DNA of 40,220 nt from an uncultured Gemmatimonadota bacterium (GTDB lineage: Bacteria > Gemmatimonadota > Gemmatimonadetes > Palauibacterales > Palauibacteraceae), in the NCBI GenBank assembly GCA_964392705.1, contig CAYMQZ010000005.1, forward strand, positions 1 to 40,220, written 5' to 3'. Numbering within the stretch: the stretch's first letter is position 1; each line of letters starts with the position of its first letter. The position numbers and the translations under genes were made by a program. Positions 26,482-33,617 of the stretch are shown piece by piece. The notes under the pieces are model-generated. The model had not been told where the DNA came from, did not search any database, and worked only from the letters and a program-made list of their open reading frames with translations.

Positions 26482-28920
26482 GTGAGCGGCCGGAGCGACG
26501 GCGGCCTTCCGGGGCTCCCGACGGCGCTGGACACGGAAGCGTTTCGGGTCCTCCTCGGGGACGCGCTCGCGCGAGCGGGCGAGGAGCTGGAGGTGCTGGA
26601 CGTCGGGGTCGTGGACGTCCGCTACCGGCCGGGCCGACCGTGCTGGATCCTCTACAAGGTCAAGGGCCGGAACGCACGCGGCCGGACCGTCCGAACCCAC
26701 CTCTCGGGGCAGCTGTCGCCGGCGGGCGCGGCGCCCATCCGACCCTCCCCGCACCTCCTGGCCCACTACCGGGAATCCGATGTCGGCGCGCTGGAGTCCC
26801 CCATGCTGAGGCTCTCGGATCCACGGATGACTCTGTTCGCCTATCCGCTGGACACGGCGCTGCCCGGCCTGTTCGGGGCCGCCTCGCCGGCCGCGATGAA
26901 GGAGCAGCTGGGACGCCTGTGGAGGGACCGCCGGGTGCGCGTGCGGCGGGTGACGATCCGCCAGCTCGGCTATACCCCGCACGCCCGGGCGGCCTTCGAC
27001 TACGAGGTTCTGGGCGAGGGCCGCCGCACGGGCGCGCCGGAGCTCCGCTGGCTGATCGGGAAGATGCACGCCAAGAAGCCCGCGCCGCGCCTCTTCGCGG
27101 ACGCGTGGGCGGTGTGGAGCGCGTCGCACGGGAAGATCGGGCTGGCACCCCCCGTCGGGTTCCTGGGCCCGGTGGGGATGACGCTCCAGGAGCGGGTTCG
27201 GGGCGTGAGGTTGGGGGGGCTGGTGGACCGGCCGGGCTTCGACTCGACCGTGAGGCGCACGGCGCGAGCCCTGGCCCGTCTGCACGGGCTCCAGATTCCC
27301 CTCAGCTCGCGGCGGAAGCTGCACGAGGAGCTCAAGGGGATCCACCGGTGGGCCGGCATCCTGTCGGCCATCCGTCCCGAGTTGAAGGCTCGGGTGGAGA
27401 CGCTCCGGGACCGGCTATCGGCCGAGGTGCAGGCCCGGATCCGCCTCACGGCTCCGACCCACGCCGACTTCCATCACACGAACGTCCTGGTGGAGGGCGA
27501 CCGGATCACGATCATCGACCTCGACGAGATGGCGTTCGGCGACCCCATGGTGGATGTCGGCCGCTTCCTCGCTTCGCTCCGCGTCCCGGCGCGACGGGCG
27601 TTCGGTCGGATATCCGCCCTGGAGGAGGCGGGGGAGGCGTTTCTCGGCGAGTACCTGCGGCGTCGAGCGGACGACCAGAGCCGGGCTCGCCTCTTCGAGG
27701 CGTGCTCCCTCCTCATCGCGGCCGGCTCGTCGTTCCGCATCCAGCGGGACGGCTGGGAAGAGGAGGTCCATATGCTCCTGGATGAGGTGGAGCGGGTGCT
27801 CACCCTGGCCGTCCAGAGGACGGCCGTGCCCGTCGCCGGCCTCGGCGCGGGCGCCCCGGAGGAAGACACCGCGACCGCCGACGCCGCCGAGGAAAGCGCG
27901 CACGGCCCGGCCTCCGGGCCCGACGCACCCCCGGCGCTGCCCGATGGGCGGCCCGAGCTCGACCGGAAGGAGCGGGTCCGCTGGGCATCGAATGGCCTCT
28001 ATCTCCAGGCGTGCCTGGCGTCCGACGTGTCGGAAGCCTACGGCGCGATCCTGGAACGTTGCCGCGTGCTCGACCCGCCACGGCCGGACGGCTCGGGGGA
28101 GGCCCGCTACGAGCTCCGGGGAAGACGGGACGGTGAGATCTGGAAGGCGCACGTCACGGGTGTCCTGCGGGACTCGGGAGGCCTCGGGCTCTCGCGGCGC
28201 CTGGGCCGCCTGCGAAAGGCGCTGGACGGTGATCCGCGGGCCCCCCTGCTCCCGCGTCCCGTTTCCTGGGTGAGGACGATCGGCCTCCTGGTCTGGGAGC
28301 CCACGGAAGGTCCCCGCCTCTCCTCCCTGGTGGGGTCGGGCGAGCTCGAGGACGCCGCGGCGCGACTGGGCGGCGCCCTCGCCAGGCTCCACGCGGCGTC
28401 CGTCGACCTCGGGCGGGAGCGCTCGTTGGAGATCGAGCTGCGCGCCATCGGAAAGAAGGTGCGCCGTCTGTGCGAGCGTCGACCGACGCTCGGCGGCAGG
28501 GCCGGCGCGCTCCTCGCGGAGACCGCGGCCGAGGCGCGCGCCGCGCGTGCGCGACTCGGGCCGATCGTGCGGATCGTCCATCCCCGGCACGTGCTCTGTC
28601 CCGACGGGCGCGTGGCGATGGGGCGTCTCGAGGACCTCGTCCTGTCGCATCCCCTCCTGGATCTGGGCGACGCCGTGGCCCGCCTGCACCGGCTGGGTCT
28701 CCAGGAGGGTCACGCCGAAGAGGTCCGGGTGGCCGCTTCCCGGCTCCGCTCCGCCTACGGCGAGGTGAGCGCGGTCGACGAGATCGAGATGGGGACGTTC
28801 GAGGCGCTGGCCCTCGTGCGGGCGGCGTGCGGATCCGACGGCGGGTCCTGGCGGGAGCGGCTGGCGGAGAAACTGCTTGACCTGGCCGAGCGCCGTCTCG
28901 CGTCACCGGGGGTCTCGTGA
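26482..28920 (+). CDS. Aminoglycoside-phosphotransferase/choline-kinase-like protein with two tandem domains (second degenerate), 812 aa
   Basis: RBS ggagg before the GTG; YRPGRPC; ALARLH occurs twice; THADFHHTN..IIDLD..GDPMVDVGRF in domain 1 only. Confidence 0.8.
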   Translation: MSGRSDGGLPGLPTALDTEAFRVLLGDALARAGEELEVLDVGVVDVRYRPGRPCWILYKVKGRNARGRTVRTHLSGQLSPAGAAPIRPSPHLLAHYRESDVGALESPMLRLSDPRMTLFAYPLDTALPGLFGAASPAAMKEQLGRLWRDRRVRVRRVTIRQLGYTPHARAAFDYEVLGEGRRTGAPELRWLIGKMHAKKPAPRLFADAWAVWSASHGKIGLAPPVGFLGPVGMTLQERVRGVRLGGLVDRPGFDSTVRRTARALARLHGLQIPLSSRRKLHEELKGIHRWAGILSAIRPELKARVETLRDRLSAEVQARIRLTAPTHADFHHTNVLVEGDRITIIDLDEMAFGDPMVDVGRFLASLRVPARRAFGRISALEEAGEAFLGEYLRRRADDQSRARLFEACSLLIAAGSSFRIQRDGWEEEVHMLLDEVERVLTLAVQRTAVPVAGLGAGAPEEDTATADAAEESAHGPASGPDAPPALPDGRPELDRKERVRWASNGLYLQACLASDVSEAYGAILERCRVLDPPRPDGSGEARYELRGRRDGEIWKAHVTGVLRDSGGLGLSRRLGRLRKALDGDPRAPLLPRPVSWVRTIGLLVWEPTEGPRLSSLVGSGELEDAAARLGGALARLHAASVDLGRERSLEIELRAIGKKVRRLCERRPTLGGRAGALLAETAAEARAARARLGPIVRIVHPRHVLCPDGRVAMGRLEDLVLSHPLLDLGDAVARLHRLGLQEGHAEEVRVAASRLRSAYGEVSAVDEIEMGTFEALALVRAACGSDGGSWRERLAEKLLDLAERRLASPGVS

Positions 28921-29933
28921 GCGGGCGAGTGGCGGGCGCCGCGACGAGGAAGGAGGGGGCGAGCCCCGACCCGACGGGCGCGGGACTCGCCCACGTCCCT
29001 GCCGAGCGGCTTCAGGACGCGCTTGCCAGACGCTGTCGTGGACGCGTCCTGGTCCTGGAAGACGAGGCGAGCCGCCTGGCGTCCGACCTCGTCCGGCGAG
29101 GGTTGGAGGTGCTCGCGGGCTCGGCGACGAGCTCCGAAGCCGATCCTGCCCCCGGGGAGTTCCGGACGGTCCTGATCCACGGGCTCCTGGCCTCCGTCTC
29201 CCGACGAGAAGCCGAGCGGCTCCTGCGGCGGGCCTGGGATCGAGTGGAGCGCAAGGGGCGGCTGATCGCGGTGGTCCCGAACGCCGAGTGCGCGAACGGA
29301 AAGGAAGGGGGGCTGGACCGCCGGGCCCTCGATCGGCTCCTCCGCGAGCTCGGGAAGCCGAAGCTGGTCACCGAGCAGCCGTACCGCTGGGTGGTCATGT
29401 ACGTGGAGAAGAAGCGGCGAAAAAGGGAGGGTGTCCCGAACACGTCGCGCGAGGACAGGTACCGCGTAACGTCGGAGCTGTGTCGGGGGCGGGTGATCGA
29501 GCTGGGGTGCGGGGAGGGAGCCCTGGCCGCCCTCATCGCCGAGCGCGGATGCGAAGTGCTGGGCGTGGACCTCAGCGAGCGGAAGATCTCCGCGGCCCGC
29601 CTCGCACATCCACACGTCTCCTTCGTCGAGTCCGACATCCTCGACCTCGACCTCCCCGCGGCGAGCTTCGACACGGCCGTGCTGGCCGAGGTGCTGGAGC
29701 ACGTGACCGAGCGACCGGGAGAGGAGATGCTCCGTGCGGCCTGGCGCCTGGTGAGGCCGGGCGGCCGCCTGGTGGTCAGCGTGCCCAACGAGGACTGCGT
29801 TCCGCATCGAAACCACCTCCGACAGTTCGATCGGAAGGGGCTGGCCGAGACGCTCCGACCTTTCGGGTGGCCGAGATGGGTCTCGGAGCAGCCCTTCAAG
29901 TGGCTGCTCGCGTACGTGGAGAAGGCATCATGA
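28917..29933 (+). CDS. Class I SAM-dependent methyltransferase with a degenerate duplicated N-half
   Basis: VIELGCGEG, GVDLS, FDTAVLAEVLEH, VRPGGRLVVSVPN; GTGA coupling. Confidence 0.87.
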   Translation: MSGRVAGAATRKEGASPDPTGAGLAHVPAERLQDALARRCRGRVLVLEDEASRLASDLVRRGLEVLAGSATSSEADPAPGEFRTVLIHGLLASVSRREAERLLRRAWDRVERKGRLIAVVPNAECANGKEGGLDRRALDRLLRELGKPKLVTEQPYRWVVMYVEKKRRKREGVPNTSREDRYRVTSELCRGRVIELGCGEGALAALIAERGCEVLGVDLSERKISAARLAHPHVSFVESDILDLDLPAASFDTAVLAEVLEHVTERPGEEMLRAAWRLVRPGGRLVVSVPNEDCVPHRNHLRQFDRKGLAETLRPFGWPRWVSEQPFKWLLAYVEKAS

Positions 29934-30925
29934 CCGCTCGGCGCCGCCTCGTCCTGCTCGCCGGTCTGGTGGTCCTCCTTGGGCCCGCTGCCCCGGAAGC
30001 CCACGCCCAGTGGTGGGCGCGGAAGCGACCGCCGCCGCCCCCCTCCCCGACGACCAACACGCTCGGTCCCTGGCCCTTCACGCTGGAGGTGGGCGCGGCG
30101 GGCGTGTTCGATACGAACATCGAGAACGACCTCGATGAGCTGGACTCCCGCGGGATCGTGGCCGGGGTGCGGGCCGGGTTCCAGACGAGCATCCGGCGGC
30201 CGCTTCTGGAGGTCGCCTACGAGGGCGGCTACCAGTCGTTCGCCCGTACGGACCGCTGGGACCGGTTGACGCACGATGTGGAGGCGGTCCTCGCCCGGCG
30301 GGCCGGCCCGCTCTCGCTGGACCTGACGGGCGGCATGGGCCTGAACGCCACGACGGAGGATCGGGAGATCGGGAACCGGTACGCCGTCCGCCCACGGCTT
30401 ACGATCGGCCGGGGCGACGCCCGCCTGCGCCTGTACGGCCTCTACCGGGCGCGCCGGTTCGAGACCGACGAGAGCTCCGATGAGACGACGCGTGGCCTGG
30501 GGGGCGCCTTCCGGGGAGTGAGCGACGGGGCCACCGTGCAGTTCGGCTATCGCTACGAGGAGGCCGACTCGGAGAGCGAGCGCCGGCGCTACCTGCAGCA
30601 CCGCGCAACCGCCGACTACGAGGTGCCGCTGGGGCGGCGGGGCGGCCTGCGCGGAAGGCTCGAGTGGCGGCCCCGCCGCTACCTGGAGCGAACCGTGAGT
30701 CTGGACGGCGAGGAGGTCGCCCGACTGGACGCCCGCTGGACCGCCGCGGCGTCCCTCACCTACGACTTCTCCTGGGGCCAGGACCTGCGCCTGGACTACT
30801 CCTTTCAGCGCCGCACCTCCAACGACCCGGAACGGGCGTATCACGCGCACCGGGTCTCGTTGGGAACGCTGTTCCGCCTGATCGGCCCGAGGCGGCGCCC
30901 GCGGAGGGAGCCCGGCTACCGGTAG
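29930..30925 (+). CDS. Exported outer-membrane beta-barrel-like protein, 331 aa
   Basis: ATGA coupling; signal peptide ending AHA-Q; FDTN motif near the N-terminus; alternating amphipathic strands rich in Y/F/W/R (YEGGYQSF, FGYRYE, LTYDF, LDYSFQRRTSN). Confidence 0.7.
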   Translation: MTARRRLVLLAGLVVLLGPAAPEAHAQWWARKRPPPPPSPTTNTLGPWPFTLEVGAAGVFDTNIENDLDELDSRGIVAGVRAGFQTSIRRPLLEVAYEGGYQSFARTDRWDRLTHDVEAVLARRAGPLSLDLTGGMGLNATTEDREIGNRYAVRPRLTIGRGDARLRLYGLYRARRFETDESSDETTRGLGGAFRGVSDGATVQFGYRYEEADSESERRRYLQHRATADYEVPLGRRGGLRGRLEWRPRRYLERTVSLDGEEVARLDARWTAAASLTYDFSWGQDLRLDYSFQRRTSNDPERAYHAHRVSLGTLFRLIGPRRRPRREPGYR

Positions 30926-31003
30926 CGCGGGCCGATCCCACCGGGCGAGCTCCGGGGGCCGGGCCGCGACGGCCTGCCCAGGGAGAGGCGGCACCGGCCC
31001 GCG
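30926..31003. terminator. GC-rich stem-loop between convergent genes
   Basis: cgcgggccg(30926-30934)/cggcccgcg(30995-31003) plus an inner hairpin; there is no U-tract, so function is uncertain. Confidence 0.3.
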
Positions 31004-31011
31004 AGCCCTCC

Positions 31012-31557
31012 TTACATGGCCAGGCCGATCGGGTCGCCCACGACCGCCGCGCCGCCCAGCAGGCTCGACAGGACGTAGGAGACCCCGACGTAGACGAGCC
31101 AGGCCAGGAACGCGGTCGTGAGCGCCTGGCCGGTGTCGATGTCCAGGGCCTGCCGGATCGCCACGATGCCGGTCGCCAGCAGCCAGATGAAGGTGACTAG
31201 CTCGACCCAGGGGCCCAGCGCGGGAAGGAAGGTCGCCGCGCGCAGCACGCCGGGCGCCTGGGCGAAGCCGAGGGTCCGGAGCAGCTCTCCGGTGCTCGCC
31301 GTTCCCCCGAACACCTTGCTTCCCACCAGGTCCGTGACCGCCGCCCAGAGGAGCCAGCCCAGATAGGCCTGGGCTACCCCGAGACCCGCCGCCCACCAGC
31401 CCTGACCGAGGTTGCCGAGGGCCGTCGCCGCCGCCACGGCGCCCACCACGAGTGCCGCCTGGGCCGTGGCGGATGGGTCGTGCTCGACGTCCTCGTAGGC
31501 GTCGACGCGGAGCAGGGCGGCACCGACGGCACGGGCGACGATCGAACGTCTGCGCAC
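31012..31557 (-). CDS. Yip1-family membrane protein
   Basis: GAALLRVDAYEDVEHDPSATAQAALVV; ELLRTLGFAQAPG; VAIRQALD; ~5 TM. The start is uncertain (the ORF is open to 31713). Confidence 0.82.
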   Translation of the reverse strand: MRRRSIVARAVGAALLRVDAYEDVEHDPSATAQAALVVGAVAAATALGNLGQGWWAAGLGVAQAYLGWLLWAAVTDLVGSKVFGGTASTGELLRTLGFAQAPGVLRAATFLPALGPWVELVTFIWLLATGIVAIRQALDIDTGQALTTAFLAWLVYVGVSYVLSSLLGGAAVVGDPIGLAM

Positions 31558-31735
31558 GGATTCCAAGGCAGGCCCCCCGGGTTCTCCCGGATGCGGAGTG
31601 GCGCGTCGCGAGCGCGGCGGCGGCCGCGCGCCCGGTCCCGTGGCGAGAGCACGGTGGCGCCCACCCCGGGAGACGTAGGAAACGTCGCAGAATAGCCCGC
31701 CATTCCCGTTCACGCCACGCGCCGACGTTTATTCC

Positions 31736-31774
31736 TGTCTTGACAAAATAATTCTTCGAATTAGTCTTGGTACA
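31736..31774 (+). promoter_or_regulatory. Sigma70 promoter with overlapping palindromes, probably leaderless
   Basis: TTGACA(31740-31745)-16 nt-TAGTCT(31762-31767), ATG at 31774 with no SD; palindromes taattc-ttc-gaatta (31749-31763) and tgtcttgaca (31736-31745). Confidence 0.72.
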
Positions 31775-32424
31775 TGATGACCGTCACCGTCGGGCCCGAG
31801 CGCGGCACGCTGGAGGTGCTTTCCCGGCCGGAGCGTGCCGCCTCGGCGCTGGACCCGGACCGCCGGCGGCTCCTCGAGGCGCTGTGCGAGAGGCCGGATT
31901 CGGCGTCGGGGCTGGCGCGGCGCCTCGGGGACTCCCGACAGAGGCTCAACTACCACCTGCGCGGGCTCGAGAAAGCGGGGCTCGTGGAGCTCGCCGAGGA
32001 GCGGCGCCGGGGGAACTGCGTGGAGCGGGTGATGCGCGCCGTCGCGCGTCGCTTCGTCGTCGACCCGGGGGTGCTGGGCGAGCTGGCCGGGGAGCCGGGG
32101 GAGATCGGCGACCGCTTCTCGGCGGCCTACCTGATCGCCCTCGCGGCCCGGACGGTACGGGAAGTCGGCCGGCTGATCGAGCGGGCCCGACGAGACCGGA
32201 AGCGTCTGGCCACGGCGGGCATCGAGACCGAGGTGGTCCTGGCGCGACCGGTGGACTTCCAGGCCTTCGCCGAGGACCTGAGCGGCGCGATCGCGCGGGT
32301 CGTCGCGAAGCATCACGACGAGCGAGCGTCGGGTCGAGCCTTCCGGATCGTGGCCGGCGTCTATCCGGCCCCGGAGGGATCGAACGACGGGCGCGCGAAG
32401 GAGGAGAGAAGCCATGGCACATGA
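31774..32424 (+). CDS. ArsR-like winged-helix transcriptional regulator
   Basis: LDPDRRRLLEAL..SASGLARRLG.SRQRLNYHLR.LE.AGLVEL.EERRRGNC.ER; C-terminal extension. Confidence 0.88.
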   Translation: MMTVTVGPERGTLEVLSRPERAASALDPDRRRLLEALCERPDSASGLARRLGDSRQRLNYHLRGLEKAGLVELAEERRRGNCVERVMRAVARRFVVDPGVLGELAGEPGEIGDRFSAAYLIALAARTVREVGRLIERARRDRKRLATAGIETEVVLARPVDFQAFAEDLSGAIARVVAKHHDERASGRAFRIVAGVYPAPEGSNDGRAKEERSHGT

Positions 32425-33256
32425 CGAGGGAGCCGCCGAAGGCGGTGTGACGGAGGGCGCGGCGCTCGGCGCGCGCACCGAGGCGGGCCAGGCGGCCGGT
32501 GCCCCCGGGGAAAGCACGCGATCCGCAGGTGGTGCCGTGGAGATCGAGGCGTCCCCGGAACGGGTGTGGCGTGCCCTCACGGAGGCCGCGGAGCTCGAGC
32601 GCTGGTTCCCTCTCGAGGCACGGGTCGAGCCGGGGACCGGCGGCTCGATCTTCATGTCGTGGAAGAACGAGTACGCGGGCGAGTCGGAGATCCTGGCCTG
32701 GGAGCCGCCGGAGCTGCTCCGGATCTCCTGGGGCTGGTCCGAGGAGGGCCCGACCCAGGTCACGGAGTACCGGATCGAGGGAAGGGGCGGTCGGACGTAC
32801 CTGCGGGTCGTGACCTCCGGGTTCCCCGTGGATGCCGCGTGGGACGACTGGGTCGAGGGGACGAACCGCGGCTGGCACTACGAGCTGGCCTCGCTCAAGC
32901 ATTACCTCGAGGCGCACGACGGCCGGGACCGGCACGTCGTGTACCTGCGCCGGCGGGTGGGTTCGGGTCGGGAGGAAGCGTGGGATCGGCTCTTCGGACC
33001 CGAGGGGTTCGGGGCGCGCCCGCTCGGCGGTCGTCCCTTCGACGAGTCGCCCCCGGTGCAGTACGCGGCCCTGGTCGACGAGCCGCCGGAGGCGATGCTG
33101 CGGATCTCCGTGGAGCCGACGTACCTGGGCCCCGAGGCGCGGGACGTGACGCTGTGGCTCTCGGCGTGGGGAGATCACCGCGACCGCCTCGAGCGCCTGG
33201 AGCGGGACTGGAGGCGCCAGCTCGAGCGGCTGTTTCCGGAGGGCGAGACCCTGTAG
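32414..33256 (+). CDS. SRPBCC/AHSA1 (START-like) domain protein
   Basis: VEIEASPERVWRALTEAAELERWF..EPGTGG..WEPP..LRISW..GWHYELASLKHYLE; overlaps the regulator stop. Confidence 0.88.
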   Translation: MAHDEGAAEGGVTEGAALGARTEAGQAAGAPGESTRSAGGAVEIEASPERVWRALTEAAELERWFPLEARVEPGTGGSIFMSWKNEYAGESEILAWEPPELLRISWGWSEEGPTQVTEYRIEGRGGRTYLRVVTSGFPVDAAWDDWVEGTNRGWHYELASLKHYLEAHDGRDRHVVYLRRRVGSGREEAWDRLFGPEGFGARPLGGRPFDESPPVQYAALVDEPPEAMLRISVEPTYLGPEARDVTLWLSAWGDHRDRLERLERDWRRQLERLFPEGETL

Positions 33257-33399
33257 GGCACCGTGAAGGGGGGCGCGGCGTAAGACGAAGCCCCTTGCAT
33301 TTTGCGAAGCGAGGCCGAGCCCGGGCGCCCTCCGGGCTCCGAAGGGAATCCTCCCGCCGCGGTCGTCCCGTGAGCGGAGCCAGATGTACCTCGCGCGGC

Positions 33400-33422
33400 G
33401 TGACAGCGTAATCGACTGTCAC
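33400..33422. promoter_or_regulatory. Palindromic candidate transcription-factor site
   Basis: gtgacag-N9-ctgtcac, a perfect 7-bp inverted repeat ~200 nt upstream of the GGDEF-EAL gene. Confidence 0.4.
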
Positions 33423-33617
33423 AGCACGAGTTGAGTCGTTCCTCGCATGCTGCGGTGACGCCTTCGCCCGCGCCCGCGCGGGCCTCCCCGTCCCGGGGGC
33501 CCAGCCTTCCGAGCTCGGCGCGCTTCGTGCGAGCATGCCAGAGCGTCCAAGCCGGACCGGGCCGGTCGGATCCGCCCCGAACGGACACGGAAACGCAAGC
33601 TCGGGAGCTCACATACC

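Noticed and set aside
26482-28920. Aminoglycoside resistance gene
   Set aside because: It shares the fold only; its size, tandem architecture and position in a glycosyltransferase operon argue for a biosynthetic kinase.
33570-33612. c-di-GMP-I riboswitch (ggaaacgcaagc..)
   Set aside because: Only a loose resemblance; the GNRA-capped P2 stem and the GCAAA/tetraloop-receptor arrangement could not be built. An Infernal scan would settle it.
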